DNA from: Hyphomicrobium sp.
Lineage (GTDB): Bacteria; Pseudomonadota; Alphaproteobacteria; Rhizobiales; Hyphomicrobiaceae
NCBI RefSeq assembly: GCF_009026145.1
Contig: NZ_WBUE01000011.1
Span: forward strand, 40,118-104,117
DNA: 64,000 bases
Reading direction: 5' to 3'
The notes under the pieces were generated by a model. It did no database searches. It worked only from the letters and a program-made list of their open reading frames with translations, and was not told where the DNA came from. The translations under genes and the position numbers were made by a program. Position 1 is the stretch's first letter. Each line of letters starts with the position of its first letter. This document shows positions 1 to 10,046 of the stretch, in pieces.

Positions 1-145
1 GTCGACGGACCCGATACTGCCGCGCGGGCCTGGGAGCCACAGCGATGTCCCTTAGCGGACACTCGCCATGACTTGGATCGCGCCGATCCAAAGTGTCCGA
101 TTCGAGCCGCAACGCCAAAGAGTTTGTATGTTGCGGGTCGCACCC

Positions 146-161
146 ATACTAGATGTAGATA
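146..161. promoter_or_regulatory. Putative NrdR box
   Basis: ataCTAgATgTAGata matches the NrdR-box core C-W-A-n-A-T-n-T-W-G. Only one clear copy. The target gene would lie outside the window. Confidence 0.45.
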
Positions 162-416
162 GATTCCCGATAACAGCCGGAAAAACCGTGGATTTCCTGT
201 GGGGCGTTCAGTGCCGGCTGAGTGTCGGCGCCCGTAAGAACCGAGCCGCGGCGGGATGTGCAGAAATTCGCGCCCGCAAGTTCGACCGTGACTAGCCTAT
301 GGCGATTCCCCGGCGGCCGACTGTTGCGCATCTGCCGCGCCCAGATGCCTAGCTGAGTGCATTGCCGTGCCGCCCAATCTGGGCGATGGTGCGGGCGCGA
401 AACAGCGGGCAGGGCG

Positions 417-818
417 ATGGGACTTTTCAGCGAGATTTTCTGCTGGTGGGGCGGCAACACCTGGGGCACGCGCCTGACGATTTGGCGTCAGGGGCGCCTC
501 GTCGGCAAAGACGAGTTTGGCAACCGCTATTATGAGCAGAAGAAGGGTGTCGGGCCGCTCGGGCGCCCGCGCCGCTGGGTCACCTATACGGACTTTGCCG
601 AGGCCTCGAAGGTGCCGGCCGGCTGGCACGGCTGGCTGCACTACACGGCGGATACGCCGCCGTCGCAGCAGAACTACCAGCCGCGACCCTGGCAGCGTCC
701 GCACCTCATGAACCAGACCGGCACGCCGGACGCCTACCGGCCGCCAGGATCGATTCTCGGCCAGGGCGTGCGTGCCAAGGCCACGGGCGACTACAAGCCC
801 TGGCGCCCCGAAGCGTGA
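417..818 (+). CDS. NADH:ubiquinone oxidoreductase subunit NDUFA12 family protein
   Basis: Motifs G-x-D-E-F-G-N-x-Y-Y, RRWVxY, EASKVPAGWHGWLH and DYKPWRP. ATG at 417. Confidence 0.9.
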   Translation: MGLFSEIFCWWGGNTWGTRLTIWRQGRLVGKDEFGNRYYEQKKGVGPLGRPRRWVTYTDFAEASKVPAGWHGWLHYTADTPPSQQNYQPRPWQRPHLMNQTGTPDAYRPPGSILGQGVRAKATGDYKPWRPEA

Positions 819-919
819 AGCAGAACGTCGGCACTGCGGCAATACCTCCAAATTTCGGCCCAACTCGCGGCTCAGGGAGGCACGCGGCGCGTAGAGCCGC
901 AACGGGCGGTGTAGTGCGA

Positions 920-1426
920 ATGACCGAAACGTCGATGAAGTGGCGCAAGTTGCCGGGATCGGCCGCGATTGTCTGCGCAACGGTCGTCCTGGCCGTGGGA
1001 AGCGCCCGTGCCGATCGCATCGACAACGCCGTCGCCGTGTTCTCGGCGCTCGACAAGGTGACGGCGCGCACCTCGAAATTCGAGGTGCCGCTCAATTCCA
1101 CGGTGCAGTTCGGGGCGCTGAAGGTGACCCCCCGCGTCTGCTATTCCCGCCCGCCGGAAGAGCAGCCGAAGACGACCTCGTTTGTCGAGGTCGACGAGAT
1201 CCAACTCGACGGGCAAGAGAAGCGCATCTTCACCGGCTGGATGTTCGCTGAAAGCCCCGGCCTCAATGCCGTCGAGCACCCGGTGTTCGACGTGTGGCTC
1301 ACTGATTGCCAGAAGCCTAGGGGCTCCGTCGCGCAGCACAGTGGCGACAATCCCGACGCCGCTGCAGGCGAGGCGCCGCCACAGGATGAGGATCCGTTCG
1401 CGCCGCGCCGCCGCGTGCGTCGGTAA
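920..1426 (+). CDS. DUF2155 domain-containing secreted protein
   Basis: Signal peptide; LDKVTAR, CYSRPPEE, IFTGWMFAESPGLNAVEHPVFDVWL. Usual neighbour of NDUFA12. Start uncertain. Confidence 0.85.
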   Translation: MTETSMKWRKLPGSAAIVCATVVLAVGSARADRIDNAVAVFSALDKVTARTSKFEVPLNSTVQFGALKVTPRVCYSRPPEEQPKTTSFVEVDEIQLDGQEKRIFTGWMFAESPGLNAVEHPVFDVWLTDCQKPRGSVAQHSGDNPDAAAGEAPPQDEDPFAPRRRVRR

Positions 1427-1601
1427 TCCACAGGCCAGACACGACCCGGCTTTCGCGTTTTTCTCTTAAGTTTGCGGCGCATCGTTGCGCACGCATCATA
1501 TTGCGCTCACCCGCGCTCCTCCCACGTCATGGAAGCCGCCACAACCGGGGCGTATTCCCCTACCGGTGACGTACAGAAGAAAGCGAACCGGAGATTGCCA
1601 G

Positions 1602-2012
1602 ATGCTTTCAAGACTTTTCCTCTCGCTTAGCCTCGCTTTCGCTGCGGGCGCCGCTCTCCCTCTACCGGCTGTGGCCGAAACGACCGTTGATGCAGCACTG
1701 ATGAAGGTGCTCGACCCAGATGCCGACGGCACCGTCGATCTGGCCGAGGCCAAGGCGGCTGGAGCTGTCGAGTTCAAGAAGCTCGATCCCGATAATGACG
1801 GCACGCTCGACGCCAAGGAGCTCGCTGGCCGCGTCGACGAAGCCGAGCTCAAGGCGGCGGACCCTGACAACGACGGCACGCTCGATCTCAACGAGTACAA
1901 TGCGCTGATCGAGAAGCGCTTCAACGCCGCCAACCCGGACAACGACGGAACGCTCGACGAAGCCGAGCTGAAGTCGCCCGCCGGGCAGTCGCTGCTGTTG
2001 CTGATCCACTGA
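1602..2012 (+). CDS. lanM: Lanmodulin (periplasmic lanthanide-binding EF-hand protein)
   Basis: Signal peptide. Four EF loops, all with Pro at position 2 (DPDADGTVDLAE, DPDNDGTLDAKE, DPDNDGTLDLNE, NPDNDGTLDEAE), 12-13 aa apart. C-terminal SPAGQSLLLLI resembles M. extorquens LanM. Confidence 0.9.
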   Translation: MLSRLFLSLSLAFAAGAALPLPAVAETTVDAALMKVLDPDADGTVDLAEAKAAGAVEFKKLDPDNDGTLDAKELAGRVDEAELKAADPDNDGTLDLNEYNALIEKRFNAANPDNDGTLDEAELKSPAGQSLLLLIH

Positions 2013-2124
2013 CGCTGGCGCCCCGCCAGAGGCGATTTTGCATGCGGCGAGCTTGTACGGCTCTCAAGGTGGGAGGCCTCGCGCTCGCCGCATCGTTCCG
2101 CTCACACTCGGGCTAAGCACACAA

Positions 2125-2150
2125 GGAACATCGCGCGCGATGAGGACGTT
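2125..2150 (+). promoter_or_regulatory. Sigma-EcfG (general stress response) type promoter
   Basis: GGAAC (2125-2129) - N17 - CGTT (2147-2150), upstream of the ORF at 2207. Confidence 0.65.
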
Positions 2151-2206
2151 GAACTCCGCAGATCGGCGGACCGCCGGTCAACAAAAAATCAAAAGGAGAA
2201 CGTCCA

Positions 2207-2578
2207 ATGAAACGTATTTTGCTGGCCGGCGTCCTGGCCGCAGGTTCGGCGATGGCTGCTTATGCTCAAACCGACCCGGCAGCGAGCGGCCAAGAGGCGG
2301 GTGCGATGAAGCTGTCAGCGGCTGAATGCGCGTCCCTGTGGAATCAAGCTAGTCCGGACGGCGGGCCGATCTCCGAGTCCCAGGCCGCCGCATATGTGAC
2401 GGATTTCAAGGCCGCCAATCCGGACGGTGACAACACCCTCGAGAAAGACGAGTTCACCAAGGCGTGCGACAGCGGCCTGGTGAAGAGCGCGGCTTCGACC
2501 GGTGCCGGCACAGGTGAGGCGGGCAGCGCCAACCCGCCGGCCGAGGAAGGCTCCAAGATGCAGCCCGGCAACCAGTAG
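2207..2578 (+). CDS. Small secreted protein with one lanmodulin-like EF loop and a Cys pair
   Basis: RBS AAGGAG; signal peptide ending AYA; Cys41 and Cys87; loop NPDGDNTLEKDE at residues 71-82. Confidence 0.8.
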   Translation: MKRILLAGVLAAGSAMAAYAQTDPAASGQEAGAMKLSAAECASLWNQASPDGGPISESQAAAYVTDFKAANPDGDNTLEKDEFTKACDSGLVKSAASTGAGTGEAGSANPPAEEGSKMQPGNQ

Positions 2579-2671
2579 GTCGCAAGTCCATGAAGGGACG
2601 GGCGGTTGCCAGCAGCGGGCGTCGAGATCAACTGCTCGGCGCCTGCTCGCGTGTCAGCGAGGTGCCCGCCC

Positions 2672-3850
<1,179 letters not shown>

Positions 3851-5023
3851 TTAGTCGCAGATTTTCTTAATCTTGCGCTCGGCCATGTCGACGTGGAAGT
3901 GGTTGCGGTGCGCTTCGTTCGCCTCCGGGCCGAGTGTGGTGCCGAAGATGCGGCAGGCGGCCGCGTGCGCTTGGCGCAGGAAGCGAGCGTGCGGCCCGGC
4001 GGGCGGCGTTGCCAATGCACCGGGACTGAGCGCGGCAGTCTTTTCGCGCCCCTTGTCGGTCGCCTTCCTTTCTTGCTTGCGCGCATCGGCAGGAGCTGCC
4101 TCGGCAGCAGGGCCGCCAAGCCGGGCAGCCAGCGGTGGCTTCTTGCTTGGCCCAGGCAGGATGGCAGTCACCACATCGACGCTGTCAACACGCGTGGCTT
4201 TGACGAGGCCGGCGCCGGGCGTTGCCGGCTTCCCACTGGCGCCGGACTTGGCATTGCGCGGGTTGTCCTGCTGGGGCTTGGCGGCTTCCGCCTGCGCTTG
4301 CGCGAGCTTCTCCTCCCCGGCCTTGGCAGCCGCCACGGCGGCGGCAATGTCGCGATTGGTTGCGCCCCAGCCGTCGAGGACATGCACCTTCTGACCCTTG
4401 TCGGTGACGAAGCCGCGGATATCGAGCGCGTCGACGTAGGCATGCTGACTGAGCTTGTTGCCGACGCGGCCAAAGGCGGTGCGGCAGGAGTAGTCGCTCA
4501 TCACTTCGATCGTGGTGATCTTGGCGCCGAGCTGGCGCGCGGCGAGCGGCTGCAGATCCTTGGTGATCCAGGTCTGGAGCGGGGCGAGCATGCCGCAATT
4601 GATGAGCGCGGCCGGCGTGAACGTCACCTTGGCCAGGCGGCTGAGACGAATGGGAGCCGGGGTTCCGCAGGCACCTTGCTTGATGGGCGGCTCGGGCGTG
4701 ATGACCGCGTCGAGGCCTTTCAGCGCTTGCGTGCAGCGCGCCTTGGCCGCGTCGATCTCGGCTGCGGTCCACACGTCGGGCAGCGGCGGCTCGATGGGCG
4801 CTGCCTTGGCGGTCTTGCGCTCGGGGAGCGGCGGCACCATCAGCGGTTGCGCCGTCTGGGTAACCTTCGCCTTGGCGTCGGTCCGCACGTTCTGGGTCTT
4901 GTAGTCGCGGGCGGCGATAAGGGTTTCGCGCGTTTGCGCCGCGGCGGCGCCCGCTGAGCCCGACAGCGCGACAGCCGCAAGCCCTAAGCCTAAACCCAAT
5001 CGCAGCATCGTTCGCGTCTCCAC
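3851..5023 (-). CDS. Extensin-like C-terminal domain protein
   Basis: Signal peptide; CG...C...YSCR...LSQHAYVDALDI and ACRIFGTTLGPEANEAHRNHFHVD, split by an Ala/Lys/Pro-rich insert. Confidence 0.8.
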   Translation of the reverse strand: METRTMLRLGLGLGLAAVALSGSAGAAAAQTRETLIAARDYKTQNVRTDAKAKVTQTAQPLMVPPLPERKTAKAAPIEPPLPDVWTAAEIDAAKARCTQALKGLDAVITPEPPIKQGACGTPAPIRLSRLAKVTFTPAALINCGMLAPLQTWITKDLQPLAARQLGAKITTIEVMSDYSCRTAFGRVGNKLSQHAYVDALDIRGFVTDKGQKVHVLDGWGATNRDIAAAVAAAKAGEEKLAQAQAEAAKPQQDNPRNAKSGASGKPATPGAGLVKATRVDSVDVVTAILPGPSKKPPLAARLGGPAAEAAPADARKQERKATDKGREKTAALSPGALATPPAGPHARFLRQAHAAACRIFGTTLGPEANEAHRNHFHVDMAERKIKKICD

Positions 5024-5195
5024 CTATTCATGGTGCGGGGCACGGGAGTTCGGCCAGGACTGGGCGAATCGACCGCGCAAGTTTCTTCGTAATCGGGCCC
5101 AGTGTATAGGGAAATCCGTCCGATTGATGGTCGCTTGCGATCGACCAGCAGCCAGCAGGAACAAACTTGTGCAACACGAAACGGCAACGGCGCAG

Positions 5196-6296
5196 ATGAC
5201 GGCGGAAGGTTCCGCGGAGCAATCGGCGAATGAGCTGCTCATCGAGGCGCGCGGCTCGTGCGCGGTCATCACCCTCAATCGGCCGCGAGCGCTCAATGCG
5301 CTGAACACCGCCATGCGCGCCAGGCTGGCGGAGGCCTTTCCACGCTTTGCGCGCGAAGCGCAGACGTACTGCGTCGTCATTCAGTCGGCGAGCGAGAAGG
5401 CGTTCTCGGCCGGCGGCGACGTGCGCGAGATCGTGCGCTGGGGGCGCGAGGACCTCGAGCGTGCCCGGCGCGCCTTCGCCGAGGAATACGCGCTCAACTG
5501 GCTGCACGAATGCTTCTCCAAGCCGACCATCTCGCTCATCGACGGACCGGTCATGGGCTCGGGCGTCGGCATCACCCTGTTTGGCACCCATCGCGTCGCC
5601 GGCGAGCGGTACCGCTTCGCTATGCCGGAGACGGCCATCGGGCTGTTTCCGGACGTTGGCACGGCGTGGTCGCTATCGCGCCTGCCGAACTCAATCGGCA
5701 TGTACCTGGGGCTCACGGGGCGCTCGATCGGCGCCGCCGACGCCTACGCCTTGGGCCTGCTGACGCATTGCATCCCGGCGGTACGCTACGAGGAAATCAA
5801 GGCTGCCCTGGCCGATACCTGGCCGGTCGATACCATCCTGGATGAGCGCCAGGTCGACCCGGGGCCGGGCGAGCTAGCCCCCTACGCGCCACTCATCGCA
5901 CGCTGCTTTTCGGCGCCCGCGGTGGAGGAGATCATCGCCAGGCTGGAGGCTGTCGAGGGAGCGCAGCGCGACTGGGCGCACGTTGTCGTCGCAGATCTGC
6001 GCGCGCGCTCGCCGCTTTCGCTCAAGGTCACGCACCGGCACATTCGCGCCGCTCGCGCGCTCGACCTGCGCCAGACGCTCAGCATCGATTACCGCCTCGC
6101 CTGCCGTTGCCTCGACGGGCACGACTTCTACGAGGGCGTGCGCGCCGCGCTGATCGACAAGGACGGTAACCCGAGGTGGAGGCCGGACACGCTGGAAGAG
6201 GTCACGCCGGCAATGGTGGAGGACTATTTCACGCCTATGGGTCCGGCGGAGCTGGCGCTGCCGACGCGGCAAGAAATGCAGGCGGCGCGCGTGTAA
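5196..6296 (+). CDS. Enoyl-CoA hydratase/isomerase family, 3-hydroxyisobutyryl-CoA hydrolase-like
   Basis: LNRPRALNAL, AFSAGGDV, FAMPETAIGLFPDVG, DFYEGVRAALIDKD. Start uncertain. Confidence 0.9.
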   Translation: MTAEGSAEQSANELLIEARGSCAVITLNRPRALNALNTAMRARLAEAFPRFAREAQTYCVVIQSASEKAFSAGGDVREIVRWGREDLERARRAFAEEYALNWLHECFSKPTISLIDGPVMGSGVGITLFGTHRVAGERYRFAMPETAIGLFPDVGTAWSLSRLPNSIGMYLGLTGRSIGAADAYALGLLTHCIPAVRYEEIKAALADTWPVDTILDERQVDPGPGELAPYAPLIARCFSAPAVEEIIARLEAVEGAQRDWAHVVVADLRARSPLSLKVTHRHIRAARALDLRQTLSIDYRLACRCLDGHDFYEGVRAALIDKDGNPRWRPDTLEEVTPAMVEDYFTPMGPAELALPTRQEMQAARV

Positions 6297-6466
6297 AATG
6301 CTCGCCGCGCGCGTATCGCAACGTGAATGAAGGGTTCCGCCGATACCCTATTACTATTCTTTTACTATAGGTATTTAGGTGACTTTTAGTTTTATGCCTT
6401 ACCTCTTGGTGTAACCCGGACAAAAAGAAAATACCCGGGACCGGCGTCAAACAGTGTGAGGCAGTT

Positions 6467-6976
6467 ATGAGTGTTGCGCTCGACGTGGCGCGCCATCGCG
6501 CGCCAGGGCAGACCGACAGTTTCCGCTCCGAATATCTGCAAGCGTTGCGCCTCGTCGAAAGGCTGCATCGGTTGCTGCTCGACGTGATCAAGGACGAGTT
6601 TGATCGCCTGGGTGGCGCCGACCTCAACAGCGTGCAGGCGCTGCTGCTCTATAACATCGGCGACAGCGAGTTGACCGCCGGCGAGCTCAAGACGCGGGGC
6701 TACTATCTCGGCTCCAACGTCTCCTACAATCTCAAGAAGCTCGTCGACATGGGCTACCTTCATTACAAGCGGTCAGAAACCGACCGCCGCAGCGTGCGCG
6801 TGAGCCTCACCGACAAGGGCAAGGAAGCCTGTGAGGTGGTGCAGAAGCTCTATCAGCGCCAGCTCGGCTCGGTAGCGACCGTCGGTGAGGTCTCGGAGGA
6901 GGATTTCCGCGGCCTCAACAAGGCGCTCGTCCGCCTGGAGCGCTTCTGGTCGGACCAGATCCGCTATCGCCTATAA
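6467..6976 (+). CDS. ldtR: MarR-family transcriptional regulator LdtR
   Basis: LVERLHRLLLDVIKDEF...RGYYLGSNVSYNLKKL...LERFWSDQIRYRL, directly upstream of an L,D-transpeptidase. Confidence 0.85.
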   Translation: MSVALDVARHRAPGQTDSFRSEYLQALRLVERLHRLLLDVIKDEFDRLGGADLNSVQALLLYNIGDSELTAGELKTRGYYLGSNVSYNLKKLVDMGYLHYKRSETDRRSVRVSLTDKGKEACEVVQKLYQRQLGSVATVGEVSEEDFRGLNKALVRLERFWSDQIRYRL

Positions 6977-7208
6977 GTCCGGAGATCGACTCCCACGCGC
7001 CGGTCGCCGAGGAGCCGCGGGTTGCCCCCGCGGCTCCATTTCTTCTGCACTTGTCATCCCCAACGCCCGCTTGCCTTGACGGTTAGCCACAGCTTATTTT
7101 TGGCTTTGCAAGCTGCTGCGAATATCCCGATATTCCTGCGGCTTGCTGCGGAATACGCGGATACCGGCCAAGGAATTCAACTCCGTTTCAAAAACGGGAG
7201 GGGCTGTC

Positions 7209-8468
7209 GTGAGCTCTATGCGGGGGGAATTGGTTGCCGCGCTCGTCGCCGGCACGGTCTTGCTGATCGGGGCCGCGGCACCGGCGGGGGCGCAAGATTT
7301 CCTGAGGTTCGGGCCGGTCGGCGAGGGGCCCGCCCAATACAACGCCGGCTACGACCGCAGCTTCATCCGGGAATGGCAGGCGAACCCACCCAAGGGATAT
7401 CCGACGCTATCGAAGGCGAACCTTGCGCCGACCAAAGCCGCCATAGCCCGTTACGAGGAGATCGTCGCCACCGGCGGCTTTCCGTTGGTTCCCGAGGTGG
7501 AACTCGAGCCGGGAGCGACAGACCCCGCGGTTGCTGTGCTGCGTCGTCGACTGATGCGATCCGGCGATCTCACCGGAGATTCGAGCTACCCCGATCACTT
7601 TGGCAGCGATCTCGATACAGCGGTGAAGCGCTTTCAGGCGTCGAATGGTCTGGCGCCGACAGGCATCGTCGACAAGCGCACCATCGCGGCGCTCAACGTG
7701 CCATCCGAGGTGCGGCTGACGCAGCTCAAGACGAACCTCACCCGCCTGACCGACCTCGCGAAGATCGTCGGCAAGCGCTACGTGCTGGTGAACATCCCTG
7801 CCGCGCAGGTGGAGGCGGTTGAGACCAACGCGGTCGTCTCGCGCCACTCTGGCGTCGTCGGCAAGCCCGATCGTCCGACGCCGCTGCTGCGCTCGACCAT
7901 CACCGACCTGGCTTTCAATCCGATGTGGACGCTGCCGCCGACGGTGATCAAGGAGGATCTCATCCCCAAGGGCCGGGATATGCAGCAGAAGGGCGAGAGC
8001 GTGCTCGTGAAGTTCGGGATCGACGCCTACGAGGGCGGCAAGAAAGTCGCCCCCGAGTCGATCGACTGGGCAAGCGGGCGCCCGACGCAACTCTCCTACC
8101 GGCAGGCCCCGGGAAAGGACAACCCACTCGGCTTCCTAAAGATCAACTTCGCCAACTCGAGCTCCGTCTATATGCACGACAGCCCGAAGGAGTCCCTGTT
8201 CGGGCGTAATTTCCGAGCGGCCAGCTCGGGATGTGTGCGCGTGCAAAATATCGAGCAGCTGGCGGCGTGGCTGCTGACTGGACAAGGAACCGCCGAGCAG
8301 GTCGAGCACTTAAAGGAGAGCGGGCAAACGAAGACGGTGCGCTTGCGCAAGCCCGTGACGCTTTATTTCGCGTACGTTACGGCGTGGGCGACGCCGGATG
8401 GTGTCATTCAATTCCGGCCCGACGTTTACTTAAAGGATGGGGTCGGCGAGATAGCCGCAGCGTACTAG
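7209..8468 (+). CDS. L,D-transpeptidase (YcbB/LdtP-like) with peptidoglycan-binding domain
   Basis: AVKRFQASNGL PG-binding motif; VNIPA; VYMHDSP...SSGCVRV; YVTAW. Confidence 0.88.
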   Translation: MSSMRGELVAALVAGTVLLIGAAAPAGAQDFLRFGPVGEGPAQYNAGYDRSFIREWQANPPKGYPTLSKANLAPTKAAIARYEEIVATGGFPLVPEVELEPGATDPAVAVLRRRLMRSGDLTGDSSYPDHFGSDLDTAVKRFQASNGLAPTGIVDKRTIAALNVPSEVRLTQLKTNLTRLTDLAKIVGKRYVLVNIPAAQVEAVETNAVVSRHSGVVGKPDRPTPLLRSTITDLAFNPMWTLPPTVIKEDLIPKGRDMQQKGESVLVKFGIDAYEGGKKVAPESIDWASGRPTQLSYRQAPGKDNPLGFLKINFANSSSVYMHDSPKESLFGRNFRAASSGCVRVQNIEQLAAWLLTGQGTAEQVEHLKESGQTKTVRLRKPVTLYFAYVTAWATPDGVIQFRPDVYLKDGVGEIAAAY

Positions 8469-8484
8469 TTGTCGCGCCGCACGG

Positions 8485-8498
8485 TTGACCCGCATCAA
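8485..8498. promoter_or_regulatory. FNR/FixK-type box upstream of hemA
   Basis: TTGAC-CCGC-ATCAA, one mismatch to TTGAT-N4-ATCAA. Confidence 0.55.
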
Positions 8499-8641
8499 GG
8501 CCACCAGCACGAACATCGCGGAAATTCTCGCGCGAGCCTTGATGATCGGCGCGACAATAGACACGTTGCTCGTCAAGGCCTGCCGGGCAATGATAAGGAA
8601 AATGACAAGCAAAAAGGGCCTAGGGGAGTGAAAGTCGGCTG

Positions 8642-9877
8642 ATGGATTATGCAACGAAGTTCAGGGATGCGCTCGATGCCGTGCATCGTGAAGGGCGGTA
8701 TCGGGTCTTCGCCGATCTGAAGCGTCGGCGCGGTGCGTATCCCTCGGCCGAGCACTTCAACAATTCCGAGCCGGCGCGCCCCATCACCGTCTGGTGCTCG
8801 AACGACTACCTGGGCATGGGGCAGCACCCTGCCGTCATTGCCGCCATGCACGAGGCGATCGACACGGTCGGTGCCGGTTCCGGCGGCACGCGCAACATCT
8901 CCGGCACCACGCACTATCACGTCGAGCTCGAGGCGGAGCTTGCCGACCTGCATGGCAAGGAAGCGGCGCTGCTGTTCACCTCCGCCTACGTCGCCAACGA
9001 TTCGACCCTCTCGACGCTGACGAAACTGCTGCCGGGCCTCGTCATCTTCTCGGACGAGAAGAACCACGCCTCGATGATCGAGGGCATTCGCCACGGCGGC
9101 GGCCCGAAGCGCATCTGGCGCCACAACGACATCGAGCACCTCGAGGCGCTACTCAAGGAGTACGACCGCACCACGCCGAAGCTCATCGCCTTCGAGAGCG
9201 TCTACTCCATGGACGGGCACATTGCCCCCATCGGCGCCATCTGCGACCTCGCCGAGAAATACGGCGCGCTGACCTACCTCGATGAGGTGCACGCGGTCGG
9301 CCTCTACGGCCCGCGCGGCGGCGGCATTGCCGAGCGTGACGGCGTCATGGGCCGCATCGACATCATCAACGGGACGCTGGCCAAGGGCTTCGGCGTCATG
9401 GGCGGCTACATCGCGGCCTCCCGCGACTGCTGCGACGCCATTCGCTCGTACGCGGCCGGCTTCATCTTCACCACCTCGCTGGCGCCGACGCTGGCCGCCG
9501 GCGCCGTCGCCAGCATCCGCCATTTGAAGTCGAGCGGCATCGAGCGGGCGCAGCTTCAAGAGCGGGCGGCCGATGTGAAGGGGCGCCTCAGTGCCGCCGG
9601 GCTGCCCGTGATGACCTCGCTGAGCCATATCGTGCCGGTGACCATCGGCGACCCGGTGCACTGCAAGGCGGTGACCGATGCCCTGCTCGAGCACTACGCG
9701 ATCTACGTTCAGCCGATCAACTATCCGACGGTGCCGCGCGGCACCGAACGGATCCGGCTGACGCCTTCGCCAGTGCACACGCCGGCGCAGATCGATCACC
9801 TCGTGGCGGCGCTGACCGAGCTGTGGGAGGCTTGCCCGGTGTCCAAGGGCGAGTACGTGCGGCTAGCGGCGGAATAG
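8642..9877 (+). CDS. hemA: 5-aminolevulinate synthase
   Basis: [48 protein letters not shown]. Confidence 0.96.
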   Translation: MDYATKFRDALDAVHREGRYRVFADLKRRRGAYPSAEHFNNSEPARPITVWCSNDYLGMGQHPAVIAAMHEAIDTVGAGSGGTRNISGTTHYHVELEAELADLHGKEAALLFTSAYVANDSTLSTLTKLLPGLVIFSDEKNHASMIEGIRHGGGPKRIWRHNDIEHLEALLKEYDRTTPKLIAFESVYSMDGHIAPIGAICDLAEKYGALTYLDEVHAVGLYGPRGGGIAERDGVMGRIDIINGTLAKGFGVMGGYIAASRDCCDAIRSYAAGFIFTTSLAPTLAAGAVASIRHLKSSGIERAQLQERAADVKGRLSAAGLPVMTSLSHIVPVTIGDPVHCKAVTDALLEHYAIYVQPINYPTVPRGTERIRLTPSPVHTPAQIDHLVAALTELWEACPVSKGEYVRLAAE

Positions 9878-10046
9878 GGCCCGCTGCGCTTCCGCGCACC
9901 CCGCAAAAATCGCTAGTTGGAAACCCCAATAAGCTGTACGGGTTGAGCCCGGCGCGGCGCGCTCCTACTATGGTCGAACTCCTGCCGACCACCCCGCGCG
10001 CTCGAGGAACCCCATTCACCTACCCGCGAACCAAGGACAAAGACCT

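Noticed and set aside
1531-1556. ECF-type promoter upstream of lanM (GGAAG...CGTATT)
   Set aside because: Mismatched -35 and a 15-nt spacer; too weak to call.
1710-1970. Periodic DNA repeats (GACAACGACGGCACGCTCGA-like) as a CRISPR or tandem array
   Set aside because: They are the coding sequences of the four LanM EF loops.
9878-10046. ZMP/ZTP (pfl) riboswitch upstream of glyA
   Set aside because: Expected from gene context, but the conserved GACUGGCG...CGCCUGGG elements are not present.
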